A stretch of 32,000 nucleotides of DNA from Methylorubrum extorquens (GCA_900234795.1 LT962688.1:2430001-2462000), one strand, 5' to 3'; shown: positions 1-10,210, numbered from the stretch's first letter. The notes: a model not told the origin generated them from the sequence alone. Numbers and translations are program-made.

Positions 1-2
1 AC

Positions 3-899
3 GTCGTCTATCTCGGCGACGACGAGCGCTTCCAGCATGTCTACTGCTTCGTCAGCGAGGGCCGGGTGCAGGCCGAGCGCGCGGACAACGCTGACCTCCT
101 CGATTCCGGCACGCTCAGCGTCGCGCGGTTCGAGCCCGACGGCACCGGCCGCTGGCTGCCGCTGGTGCACGGCGCGAACGGGCTCGATGCGGGCAACGGT
201 TTCGCCTCCCAGGCCGATGTGCTGATCGAGGCCCGCCGCGCCGCCAAGAGCCTCGGCGCCACGGCGATGGACCGGCCCGAGGACATCGAGGCGAACCCGC
301 GCACCGGCCGCGTCTACGTGATGCTGACCAACAACGGGAAGCGCAGCGCCGATCAAGAGGAGCCCGCCAACCCGCGCGGCCCCAACGCCTTCGGCCACGT
401 CATCGAGATCGCCCCCGACGGCACCGACCACGCCGCCGAGACCTTCCGCTGGGAGGTGCTGGTGCGCTGCGGCGACCCGGCCAAGCCCGAGGTGAAGGCG
501 AGCTTTTCCGCGCTCACCACGGAGAACGGGTGGTTCGGCATGCCCGACAACTGCACAATCGACGGGCGCGGCCGCCTCTGGATCGCCACCGACGGCAACA
601 ACCGCCGCGCCACCGGCCGGGCCGACGGTATCTGGGCGGTGGAAACGGAAGGCCCGCGCCGGGGCACCGCGCGCCACTTCCTGCGGGTGCCGGTGGGCGC
701 CGAGATGTGCGGCCCCTGCTTCACCCCCGACGACGAGACCTTCTTCGTCGCCGTCCAGCATCCCGGTGAGCCCGACGAGGAGGGCGCCCTCGGCTCCTAC
801 GAGAAGCCCTCGACCCGTTGGCCGGATTTTTCGCCCGACCTGCCGCCGCGGCCCTCCGTCGTGGCGGTGCGGCGGACGGGGGGCGGACGGATCGGCTGA
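3..899 (+). CDS. phoX: PhoX-family (DUF839, beta-propeller) alkaline phosphatase, C-terminal part; 5' end lies outside the window
   Basis: Frame 3 is open from base 3 (VVYLGDDERFQHVYCFVSEGRV...) to TGA 897-899. Motifs MDRPEDIEANP, YVMLTNN, GRLWIATDGN and FFVAVQHPGE match my recollection of PhoX/DUF839 phosphatases. Third codon positions are G/C-rich. Confidence 0.75.
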   Translation, partial: VVYLGDDERFQHVYCFVSEGRVQAERADNADLLDSGTLSVARFEPDGTGRWLPLVHGANGLDAGNGFASQADVLIEARRAAKSLGATAMDRPEDIEANPRTGRVYVMLTNNGKRSADQEEPANPRGPNAFGHVIEIAPDGTDHAAETFRWEVLVRCGDPAKPEVKASFSALTTENGWFGMPDNCTIDGRGRLWIATDGNNRRATGRADGIWAVETEGPRRGTARHFLRVPVGAEMCGPCFTPDDETFFVAVQHPGEPDEEGALGSYEKPSTRWPDFSPDLPPRPSVVAVRRTGGGRIG

Positions 900-1054
900 C
901 GGGACCGTCATCCCGAGGAGACGCCGAATCGATCCCGAGAAACCGCGTCCCTGGCCTGCTTCGCGGACGCGCGCGATGACGATGGGGCGGCGGTGACAGA
1001 TGGGGGCCATCTCCCGTCTCGACGCGGCCCGAGCGGGCGGCTATTCCCGCGCGC

Positions 1055-3147
1055 ATGCCTGACCTTCTGCTCGAACTCCGCTCCGAAGAGATCCCCGCGC
1101 GCATGCAGCGGCGTGCGGCCGAGGATCTGAAGAAGCTCGTCACCGACGCGCTGGTCGAGCGCGGTTTCCTCTACGAGGGCGCCAAGGCGTTCGCGACGCC
1201 GCGGCGGCTGGCGCTGCACGTCGCCGGGCTGCCCGCCCGCGGCGAGGCGGTGCGCGAGGAGCGGCGCGGCCCCCGCGTCGGCGCGCCGGAAGCCGCCGTA
1301 CAGGGCTTCCTGAAGAGCGCGGGGCTCGCGAGCATCGATCAGGCCACCACCGTCACCGATCCGAAAAAGGGCGAGTTCTACCTCGCGGTGATCGAGCGGC
1401 CCGGCCGCGAGACGCTGGACGTGCTGGCCGAGATCCTGCCGGGCATCATCAAGAGCTTCCCCTGGCCGAAATCGATGCGCTGGGGTGCGGCTTCGGCCCA
1501 GCCCGGCTCCCTGCGCTGGGTGCGCCCGCTGCAATCGATCGTCGCCACCTTCGGCCCCGAGACTGAGACGCCGGAGGTCGTGCCGTTCTCGGTCGATGGC
1601 ATCACCGCCGGCCTGGTCACGAGTGGCCACCGCTTCCTCGCGTCCGAACCCTTCGAGGTGCGCCGCTTCGACGATTACGTGCAGGCGCTGGAGCGCGCCG
1701 ACGTGATCCTCGATGCCGACCGGCGCAAGGACATCATCCTGCACGACGCGAAGGATCTCGCCTTCGCCCGCGGCCTCGACCTCGTGGAGGACGAGGGCCT
1801 GCTGGAGGAGGTGGCCGGGCTGGTGGAGCGGCCCGTGGTGCTGATGGGCTCGTTCGAGGAGCGCTTCCTGGAGATCCCGGCCGAGGCGATCCGGGCGACC
1901 ATTCGCGCCAATCAGAAGTGCTTCGTGCTGCGCAAATCCGGCTCGGACGAGCTGGCGCCGGCCTTCGTGCTGGTCTCGAACCTCATCGCCTCCGATGGTG
2001 GCGTGGCGATCACCGCCGGCAACGAGCGCGTGGTGCGGGCCCGCCTCTCGGACGCACGCTTCTTCTGGGAGACCGATAAGGCGACGAAGCTGGAGGACCG
2101 TCTCCCCCAAGCTCGATTCGATCGTCTTCCACGAAAAACTCGGCACGCAAGGCGAGCGCGTGGCCCGCATCGCCGCGCTCGCAAAGGAAATCGCGCCGCT
2201 GGTGGGGGGCCGACCCGGCGCTCGCCGAGCGCGCGGCCCGGCTCGCCAAGGCCGATCTCGTCACCGAGATGGTCGGCGAGTTTCCGGAATTGCAGGGCCT
2301 GATGGGCCGCAAGTATGCGGCGCTGCAGGGCGAGCACGACAGCGTCGCCGCGGCGATCGAGGAGCACTACAAGCCGGTGGGCCCGAGCGACCGCGTGCCG
2401 ACCGATCCGGTCTCCATCGCCGTGGCGCTCGCCGACAAGCTCGATACGCTCGCGGGCTTCTGGTCGATCGACGAGAAGCCGACCGGCAGCAAGGATCCGT
2501 TCGCTCTGCGGCGGGCGGCTTTGGGCGTGATCCGTGCCGTGATCGAACGGTCGCTGCGGCTGTCGCTGGCCTCCCTGCTGAAAGGCCGCTTCGTGAGCGG
2601 AAGCGATGAGCGCACCGCGGATCTCCTTGCCTTCTTCGCCGATCGCCTCAAGGTCTATCTCCGTGATCAGGGCGCCCGTCACGACCTGATCGATGCCGTG
2701 TTCGCCCTTCCCGGCCAGGACGATCTTTTGATGGTCGTCCGGCGGGTCGAGGCGCTGGGCGCGTTCCTTGCCACCGACGACGGAAAAAACCTGCTCGCCG
2801 GCTACAAGCGCGCGGCCAACATCCTGCGCATCGAGGAGAAAAAGGACGGCCGCGCCTACGACGAGGCTCCCGATGCGGCACTGGCCGCTTCCGGACAGCC
2901 GGAGGAGCGGGCGCTCGGCGAGGCGCTGGCCGCGGCCCGCCAGGAGGCCTCCGCCGCGGTGGCGGCCGAGGATTTCGCCGGGGCGATGCGGGCGCTCTCG
3001 CGGCTGCGGGCGCCGGTGGACGCCTTCTTCGAAAAGGTCACCGTCAACGCCGACGACCCGGCCCTGCGCAAGAACCGGCTGCTGCTCCTCAACGCGCTTC
3101 GCGCGGCCACCCGCGAGGTCGCCGACTTCTCCCGCATCGAGGGCTGA
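1055..3147 (+). pseudogene. glyS: Glycine--tRNA ligase beta subunit (GlyS), interrupted as sequenced by two +1 frameshifts that are probably sequencing artefacts
   Basis: The N-terminus [18 protein letters not shown] and body ([45 protein letters not shown]) are typical of GlyS. The frame moves from ORF 1055..2302 to the frame of ORF 1995..2609 at the C5 run 2104-2108, then to ORF 2269..3147 at the G6 run 2204-2209. Removing one base from each run gives continuous ...[64 protein letters not shown].... Length check: 2093 nt minus 2 = 697 codons. Confidence 0.9.
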
Positions 3148-3447
3148 CGGGGCGGCCCGGCCTCCCTGGCTCGGCGGGGCGATCCGGGCTTCGCGGCGGC
3201 GTTCGCGCGTGAGCGTAACATTTCCGCCGCAAGTCGTGGGGCAATCCGGGAAAGACCTCTCAAGATCGAGAGCTGTGGCGCATCGGCAATCGTCGGTTGC
3301 CCTGGAACATGCTTCAGATTGGGGTTCGTTCCACCCGGAGCGCCTTCCGTCGAAGTGGTTGCCGGTTCGGCGAAGGAAGGCGCATCACAATGAGGGTCCG
3401 GAGGCGCCGACCTGACGGAATCAGGTCGACATCTCTCATGTCGGTCG

Positions 3448-4575
3448 ATGCCCGGTTTCGATCCTCTCGCCTTGATCGACGCGTGCTACGCGGCGGCCGT
3501 CGAACCCGAGACGTGGTCTGACGCGCTCGACGGGATCGCCGATGCGGTCGGGGCCCGCGGTGCGGTGATCGTCTCGCACGATCCTGCGCGCACGGCGCAG
3601 ACGCTGGCCTCCGAGCGGATCGCCGACGTGAATCTCGATTACGGCGTCGGCGGCTGGTGGCAGCACGACACGCGCATCCGCCTCGGCCGGGAACGCGGCA
3701 TCATGCGGCCGGGCATGGTCACGGTCGATGAGATGTACCTGACGGCGGAGGAGAAGCGCGCCGATCCGTTCTTCCAGCACTTCATCGACCGGCACCGCCT
3801 CGCCAATCTCTGCGCCTATGTCGGGGCCGATCCGATGGACCGCCACACCCTGTCGTTCAGCGCCTCGCGCGATGTGCGCAACGGGCCGTTCGAGGGCGCC
3901 GAGATCGAGCGGATGGGGCTCGTCGGCCCGCACGTCATCCGCGCCTTCCGGCTGACGGCACTCGTCGGCGAGATGCGGCGCGAGGCGGAGGGTCTGACCT
4001 CCGCCCTGGAGCGGATGCGCGCCGGCATCGTCGTCCTCGATGGCCGCGGCCGGGTCCGTCTCGTCAGCCCCGTGGCGGAAAGGTTGGCAGCAGGCTACCT
4101 GGCCCTGCGCACCGGCGCCGAGCCGGAGGCGGCGGAGCCCATCGACAGCGCGCGGTTCGGCCGCTTCCTGGCGGATGTTCTGCCCGAGCGCAGCTGGCCG
4201 CGACAGGAGACGATCCTCCTGCGCCGCCGGGGCGGCGGGCGCCCGCTCTATGTCGAGGCGCTTCCCTTGCGTGGCGCCGATCCGTTTCCGGTGCCCGGCG
4301 CCGGGCTCGGCGGCGGCGTGGTCCTGCTCCTGCGCGACCTGCTCGCGCCGAGCACGCGCCCGATCGAGCCGCTGCTGGAACAGCTCGGCCTCACCCGGGC
4401 CGAGGCGCGGGTCGCGGCACTGGTCGGCCGGGGCGCGCCGCCGCGGGAGGTGGCCGAGCAACTCGCCGTCGGCGAGAGCACGGTCCGCAGCCAGCTCAAG
4501 GCGGTCTACGGCAAGCTGGCGATCCGTCGGCAGAGCGAGCTGGCGGTCTTCATCACCCGTCTCGACAGCCTCTGA
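3448..4575 (+). CDS. LuxR-family transcriptional regulator (C-terminal GerE/LuxR helix-turn-helix; N-terminal domain not recognised)
   Basis: 375-aa ORF. The C-terminus LTRAEARVAALVGRGAPPREVAEQLAVGESTVRSQLKAVYGKLAIRRQSELAVFITRL is a classic LuxR/FixJ-type HTH. No receiver domain or autoinducer-binding motifs are recognisable by eye. Confidence 0.8.
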   Translation: MPGFDPLALIDACYAAAVEPETWSDALDGIADAVGARGAVIVSHDPARTAQTLASERIADVNLDYGVGGWWQHDTRIRLGRERGIMRPGMVTVDEMYLTAEEKRADPFFQHFIDRHRLANLCAYVGADPMDRHTLSFSASRDVRNGPFEGAEIERMGLVGPHVIRAFRLTALVGEMRREAEGLTSALERMRAGIVVLDGRGRVRLVSPVAERLAAGYLALRTGAEPEAAEPIDSARFGRFLADVLPERSWPRQETILLRRRGGGRPLYVEALPLRGADPFPVPGAGLGGGVVLLLRDLLAPSTRPIEPLLEQLGLTRAEARVAALVGRGAPPREVAEQLAVGESTVRSQLKAVYGKLAIRRQSELAVFITRLDSL

Positions 4576-4587
4576 CCACCGGATCTC

Positions 4588-6405
4588 TTATTCCGGCTCG
4601 TCCCGGCGCAGGCGCAGTTCGGGGGCGGGCAGCTCCGGTTCGGCGACCGGCGTGCCCTGGCTCTCCGAGCGGCTCGAATCCACGAACAGCCGCGCCTCGC
4701 CCTCGCGCACGCCGAGGCTGCGCAGGGCATAGTTCATCATGCCGAGCGCCAGTTCCCGCTCGGCCATGAGGACGAGGCCGACGCCGTCCTCCTCCAGCCG
4801 GCGGCGCTCGCTGTCGCTATGGGTCCGCACCACGCTGTCGATGCCGGGATTGGTCGCCCGTGCCTTGGTCAGCAGCCGACGCGCCTGATGCGGGTCGGGC
4901 GTCGCGACGACGACGAGGCGGGCGGAGCCGATATCGGCGGCCTCCAAGATGCCGGGTGCGGTGGCGTCTCCGAACACCGCTGGAACGCCCTGAGCGCGCA
5001 ACTCCTCGACCCGGCGCCGGTCGCGCTCCACCACCACGAAGGGCAGGTTCCAATCCTCCAACGCCTTGCCGATGGCGCTGCCGACACGGCCGTAGCCGAT
5101 GATCACCGCGTGGCCGCTCATGCCGGGCGCGGATGCGTTGACCGGCAGCGGAGCGGCGGCGCGGCGCTCCAGGCGGCGGCGCAGCTCCGGCCGCTCGCCG
5201 AGCCAGCGCGACACCCGGCCGGCCAGTGCGAAGAACAGCGGGTTGAGGGTGATCGACAGCAGCGCGCCGCCGAGGATCAGGTCGCGCCCCTCCTCCGGCA
5301 GCAGCTTCAGCGAGATGCCGAGACCGGCCAGGATGAAGGAGAACTCGCCGATCTGCGCGAGGCTCGCGGCGATGGTGAGCGCCGTGCCGACGGGGTGACC
5401 GAAGGCGAGCACGATGGCGATGGCTGCCAGCGACTTGCCGAGCACGATGACGCCGACCACGCCGAGGATCGAGAGCGGCTCTCGCAGGACGATGCCCGGA
5501 TCGAACAGCATGCCGACCGAGACGAAGAACAGCACCGCGAAGGCGTCCTGCAACGGCAGGGAATCGGCCGCCGCCTGATGGCTGAGGTCCGATTCGGCGA
5601 GCACCATCCCGGCGAAGAACGCGCCGAGGGCGAAGGACACGCCGAACAGCTCAGAGGAGGCGAAGGCGATGCCGACGGCGCTCGCCAGCACGGCCAGGGT
5701 GAACAGCTCGCGCGAGCCGGTGCGGGCGGCCAAACCCAGCAGGTAGGGAATGAGGCGCCGCCCGCCCACGAGCATCACGGCGACGAACACGCCGACCTTG
5801 GCGAGCGTCAGCCCGAGCGTCACCCACAGGCCGTGCTCCGGTGGGCCGTGGTGGCCGGCGGCCTGCATCGCCTCGCCGCCGAGCGAGGGCGCCAGCGCCG
5901 GCAGCAGCACCAGGGCCACCACCATGGCGAGATCCTCGACGATCAGCCAGCCGACGGCGATACGGCCCTTGTCCGAGTCGAGAAGCCCCTGTCCTTCGAG
6001 CGCCCGCAGCAGCACGACGGTGCTCGCCACCGAGAGCGCCAACCCGAAGACGAGGCCCGCCCCGGCCCCCCAGCCGAAGCCCCAGGCGAGACCCGCGCCC
6101 ATGGCGGTCGCCACGGTGATCTGCACGATCGCGCCGGGCAGGGCGATGGTGCGGACCGCGAGCAGGTCACCGATGGAGAAGTGAAGCCCGACGCCGAACA
6201 TCAGCAGGATGACGCCGAGTTCGGCGAGCTGGCTCGCCAAAGCCGGATCGCCGACGAAGCCCGGCGTGAATGGGCCGATGGCGATGCCGGCGACGAGGTA
6301 GCCGACGAGCGGGGGAAGCCGCATTCGCTGGGCCAGCATGCCGCCGATGAACGCGCAGACCAGCCCCAGCGCGATGATCGAAATGAGATCGGTGGCGTGT
6401 TGCAA
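4588..6405 (-). CDS. ybaL: YbaL/KefB-type monovalent cation:proton antiporter (CPA2) with C-terminal TrkA-N (NAD-binding) domain
   Basis: 605-aa ORF with a TTG start. The N-terminus MQHATDLISIIALGLVCAFIGGMLAQRMRLPPLVGYLVAGIAIGPFTPGFV closely resembles my memory of E. coli YbaL. It has about 12 hydrophobic segments followed by HAVIIGYGRVGSAIGKAL (a Rossmann GxGxxG). Confidence 0.85.
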   Translation of the reverse strand: MQHATDLISIIALGLVCAFIGGMLAQRMRLPPLVGYLVAGIAIGPFTPGFVGDPALASQLAELGVILLMFGVGLHFSIGDLLAVRTIALPGAIVQITVATAMGAGLAWGFGWGAGAGLVFGLALSVASTVVLLRALEGQGLLDSDKGRIAVGWLIVEDLAMVVALVLLPALAPSLGGEAMQAAGHHGPPEHGLWVTLGLTLAKVGVFVAVMLVGGRRLIPYLLGLAARTGSRELFTLAVLASAVGIAFASSELFGVSFALGAFFAGMVLAESDLSHQAAADSLPLQDAFAVLFFVSVGMLFDPGIVLREPLSILGVVGVIVLGKSLAAIAIVLAFGHPVGTALTIAASLAQIGEFSFILAGLGISLKLLPEEGRDLILGGALLSITLNPLFFALAGRVSRWLGERPELRRRLERRAAAPLPVNASAPGMSGHAVIIGYGRVGSAIGKALEDWNLPFVVVERDRRRVEELRAQGVPAVFGDATAPGILEAADIGSARLVVVATPDPHQARRLLTKARATNPGIDSVVRTHSDSERRRLEEDGVGLVLMAERELALGMMNYALRSLGVREGEARLFVDSSRSESQGTPVAEPELPAPELRLRRDEPE

Positions 6406-6418
6406 CGCGCTTCTATCC

Positions 6419-6444
6419 TCCTGGGGCAGGAGCCGGCCCCAGGA
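6419..6444 (-). promoter_or_regulatory. 9-bp perfect stem hairpin immediately upstream of ybaL, overlapping its Shine-Dalgarno sequence
   Basis: The plus strand reads tcctggggc (6419-6427), an 8-nt loop, then gccccagga (6436-6444). On the ybaL mRNA strand the 3' arm GCCCCAGGA runs into AGGAGGA, which lies about 10 nt before the TTG start. There is no U-tract, so it is not a canonical intrinsic terminator for phaC. Confidence 0.3.
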
Positions 6445-6530
6445 TCAGATAAGGCAAATCACGGTCCCGTGTCCGCAACAGCGATGCAGTGCGTGCACGG
6501 TTCCTGTCGATCCCTCCCACCTTCATGCCC

Positions 6531-8350
6531 TCACGCCTTCATGCGGACATAGGTGCCCGGTGCCGGCGCCAGGGAAGGCAGCGCCCCCGTTCCGGGAATG
6601 CGGGCGGGCACGCGCTCGGGCGCCTGCTCTTCGAGCCACTTGTACCAGTAGGGCCACCACGAGCCTTGATGCTCCGTCGCCGTCGCGACCCAATCCTCGA
6701 ACCGGCCTCGGGCCGGGCCGCCGGTGCGAAAGCCGTATTTGGCCTTGGGGCCCGGCGGGGCGACGACGCCGGCGATGTGGCCCGAGCCCGCCAGCACGTA
6801 ATCGACCTTGCCGCCGAACTTGGCCGACCCTTCGAAGACCGAGAGCGCCGGGGCGATGTGGTCCTCGCGGGTGGCGAGGTTGAAGACCGGCACCTTCACC
6901 TTCTTGAGGTCGAGGCGCACGTTGCCGAGCACCATCTGCCCCTTGGCGAGCGTGTTGTTGAGGTAGCAGTTGCGCAGGTAGAACGAGTGGTTGGCCGCGG
7001 GCATCCGCGTGGCGTCCGCGTTCCAGTAGAGCAGGTCGAAGGCGGCCGGCGCTTTGCCGCGCACGTAGTTGTTGACGACGTAGGACCAGATCAGGTCGTT
7101 GGGCCTGAGCATGTTGAAGGCGTTGGCCATGCGCGCGCCCTCCAAGTAGCCGTGCTCGGCCATCCGCTCCTCGATCGCCTTGATCTGCCCCTCGTCGGCG
7201 AAGACCTTGAGATCACCCGCATGGGTGAAATCGACTTGCGTGGTGAGGAAGGTCGCGCTCTTGATGCGCCGGTTGCCGGTCGCCGCCTGGTAGGCCAGTG
7301 TGACGGCGAGCAGCGTGCCGCCGACGCAGTAGCCCGCCGCCGCGACATCGGTCTCGCCGGTCGCCACGCCGATCATGTCGATGGCGGTCTCGATGCCTTC
7401 CCGCATGTAGGACTCGAAGTCCTTGTCGCGGTGGCGCTCATCTGGGTTCACCCAGGAGATCACGAACACCGTGATCCCCCTGAGACACCATCCAGCCGAT
7501 GAGGCTCTTCTGCGGGTTGAGATCGAGGATGTAGAACTTGTTGATCCAGGGCGGCACGATCAGCAGCGGACGCTTCAGCACCGTCTCGGTCGTGGGCGCG
7601 TACTGGATCAACTCCATTAGATCGTTGCGGAAGATGACCTCGCCGGGCGTCACCGCCACGTCCTTGCCGAAGGTGAAGGCGGACAGGTCCGTCTGCCGCA
7701 CCCGGAGCTGACCGCCGCCGGCTTCCAGATCCTCCTGCAGCATCTTCATGCCGCGCATCAGGTTGGCGCCCCCCTCCTCAAGTGTCTGGCGCAGGAGCTC
7801 GGGGTTCGTCATCACGAAGTTCGAGGGCGAGTAGGCCGAGAGGAGCTGGCGCAGGTAGAACTCCGCCTTGTGGCGGGTGTGCTCATCGATGCCTTCGGCC
7901 GTCTCGACCATCTCCTCGGCCCAGCGGCCAAGGAGCAGGTAGCTCTGCTTGATCAGGTCGAAGACCGGGTTCGCGCTCCAATCGGCATGGGCGAAGCGCT
8001 TGTCCGTGGGCGGGGGCTGGACGACCGGCTCGGTGACGGCCCCCCTGCATCCGGGTCAGGGTCGAGGCCCAGAGCGCGGCGAAGGACTGGCCGAGCTTGG
8101 TTTGGGCCTGAAGCGCCTTCTCGGGATCCTTCAGCCATGTCTCCGCGACCCGCGTGAGGGTGCGGGTCATCTCGTCGATCTCGCTGGCGCCCTGGAGGTT
8201 CGCGCCTGGGAGCAGGGCTCCCTGACCCGCCGGCTCGAACGGCTTCAGCGAGGCGGCGGCCGATTGCCGGAACACCTCCGCGAGCTGATTCGCGTTGCGC
8301 GCGATGGTCTCGAAATCCGGCGCTCCCGGGTTCGTCCGCTCGGTGCCCAC
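6531..8350 (-). pseudogene. phaC: Class I poly(3-hydroxyalkanoate) synthase PhaC, interrupted as sequenced by two +1 frameshifts that are probably sequencing artefacts
   Basis: Three consecutive minus-strand ORFs (7883..8419, 7438..7911, 6531..7469) together give a PhaC. It has the lipase-box [18 protein letters not shown], and the C-terminus SGHIAGVV...WWPYWYKWL. The frame changes at the plus-strand C6 run 8040-8045 (repaired: ...[32 protein letters not shown]...) and at the C5 run 7476-7480 (repaired: ...[22 protein letters not shown]...). The likely start is GTG 8350..8348, preceded by GGGAGGA. Length check: 1820 nt minus 2 = 606 codons. Confidence 0.9.
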
Positions 8351-8477
8351 GCGACACGTCCTCCCAAAGGTCCGCCCGCATCCCGCCCCGTGGGGCGGCC
8401 CGAGCCTCGTTTCCGACAAATTAACGCTCCACCCAGCAGAAGTCGCCCTTCCCAGACTCCATTTTCAGACCGTTGTC

Positions 8478-8843
8478 ATGAACGTGCGCCGCACCGTCCG
8501 CGCCATCGCCATCGCCTTGCCGGTTTTCGCCGCCGCGGCGTCGACCGGCGGCTGCTCCGGCGACGTGAATCCGCTGAAGGCGGCGATGGTCGGTGCGGGC
8601 TCCGGCATCAAGCCGGTGGAGGCGCCCGATTTCGTGGCGCAATCCCGCAAGAGCGATGCGAGCTACATGCCGGTGGGCGAATCAGCGCCTCGGCGGGCCG
8701 TCCGCGCCCGCAATTCGGCCGGACAGAGCGCCCTGCAGGCCGAGTTGGAAGGCGCGCGCAACCGCAACGAGTCCAAAGGGCGCGCAGCGGAAGGGGCGGC
8801 CAAGAATGCCGCGCAGGGGCTCGCCCCCAACCCGGTGGAGTGA
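8478..8843 (+). CDS. Probable lipoprotein, function unknown
   Basis: ATG 8478 gives MNVRRTVRAIAIALPVFAAAASTGGCSGD..., a signal peptide ending in a lipobox-like TGGC. The rest is Ala/Gly/Arg-rich (121 aa). The upstream part of ORF 8295..8843 looks non-coding. Confidence 0.55.
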   Translation: MNVRRTVRAIAIALPVFAAAASTGGCSGDVNPLKAAMVGAGSGIKPVEAPDFVAQSRKSDASYMPVGESAPRRAVRARNSAGQSALQAELEGARNRNESKGRAAEGAAKNAAQGLAPNPVE

Positions 8844-8988
8844 TCGTTCCACCCCGATCGCGGCGGGGCCTCGCGATGTTGATTTTTAAGTCGGCGCGCG
8901 AACGCGTCGATGGTAAACAGGCAGGCTCCTCACCGCCGACGCATCCTCGCGGGAGGATCAGTTCCGCGACACCGGACAGACCAACGCC

Positions 8989-10210
8989 ATGACCGATTTC
9001 CACCGCATCAAGCGCCTTCCGCCTTACGTCTTCGAGCAGGTGAACCGGATCAAGGCCGCCGCCCGAGCCCGCGGCGCCGACATCATCGATCTCGGCATGG
9101 GCAATCCCGATCTCGACGCGCCGCGCCACGTCATCGAGAAGCTCGTCGAGACGGCCGGCAAGCCGCGCACCGACCGCTACTCCGCCTCCAAGGGCATTGC
9201 CGGCCTGCGCCGCGCCCAGGCCGGTTACTACCAGCGCCGCTTCGGGGTGAGCCTCAACCCTGACACGCAGGTGGTGGCGACGCTCGGCTCGAAGGAGGGC
9301 TTCGCCAACATGGCCCAGGCGATCACGGCGCCCGGCGACGTGGTGCTGGTGCCGAACCCGAGCTACCCGATCCACGCCTTCGGCTTCCTGATGGCGGGCG
9401 GCGTGATCCGCTCCGTGCCGGCCGAGCCGACCCCGGCGATGTTCCCGGCCCTGGAAAAGGCGGTCGTCCACTCGATCCCGAAGCCGGTGGCGCTGGTCGT
9501 CTGCTACCCCTCGAACCCGACGGCCTACGTCGCGAGCCTCGACTTCTACCGGGATCTCGTCGCCTTCGCGAAGAAGCACGAACTGATCCTGCTCTCGGAT
9601 CTCGCCTATGCCGAGGTCTATTTCGACGACAACAACCCGCCGCCCTCCGTGCTGCAGGTGCCGGGCGCGATCGACTGCACCGTGGAGTTCACCTCGCTGT
9701 CGAAGACCTTCTCGATGGCGGGCTGGCGCATGGGTTTCGCTGTTGGCAACGAGCGCCTGCTCGCGGCGCTGACGCGGGTGAAGTCCTACCTCGATTACGG
9801 TGCCTTCACGCCGATCCAAGTGGCGGCCACCGCTGCGCTCAACGGACCGGACGACTGCATCAAGGAGATGCGCGCGACCTACAAGAAGCGCCGCGACGCC
9901 CTGGTCGAGTCCTTCGGCAAGGCCGGCTGGAAGCTGCCGACGCCCGAAGCCTCGATGTTCGCCTGGGGTGCCGATCCCGGAAAAATTCCGGGAGCTCGGC
10001 AGCCTGGAATTCTCCAAGCTGCTTCTGGAAAAATCGGATGTCGCCGTGGCGCCGGGGATCGGCTTCGGTGAGCACGGCGACGATTACGTCCGCATCGCGC
10101 TCGTCGAGAATGAGCAGCGCATCCGGCAGGCGGCCCGTAACGTCCGCCGCTTCTTCGACAACGCCGACCGCACGCTCCACAACGTCGTGCCGTTGCAGAA
10201 GGCGGTCTAG
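8989..10210 (+). pseudogene. Pyridoxal-phosphate-dependent class I/II aminotransferase (AlaC/YfdZ-like), interrupted as sequenced by one +1 frameshift that is probably an artefact
   Basis: The sequence begins MTDFHRIKRLPPYVFEQVNRIKAAARARGADIIDLGMGNPD and contains SYPIH, NPT, and SLSKTFSMAGWRMGF (the PLP lysine). The frame switches from ORF 8989..10071 to ORF 9800..10210 at the G4 run 9965-9968. The repaired sequence reads ...[62 protein letters not shown].... Length check: 1222 nt minus 1 = 407 codons. Confidence 0.85.

Noticed and set aside
2104-2209. Programmed ribosomal frameshifting or transcriptional slippage as an explanation for the split glyS, phaC, tgt and aminotransferase genes.
   Set aside because: There is no X XXY YYZ slippery heptamer and no stimulatory structure. 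Four unrelated housekeeping genes are affected. All events are +1 base in plain G/C runs, and two corrections are needed within single genes. Sequencing error is far more parsimonious.
3408-3443. Two adjacent short hairpins (cgacctga/tcaggtcg and cgacat/atgtcg) just upstream of the LuxR-family gene start, considered as a riboswitch or attenuator.
   Set aside because: The stems are only 6-8 bp and there is no conserved riboswitch core that I recognise. Stems of this size arise by chance frequently in GC-rich DNA. I recorded them only as a curiosity.
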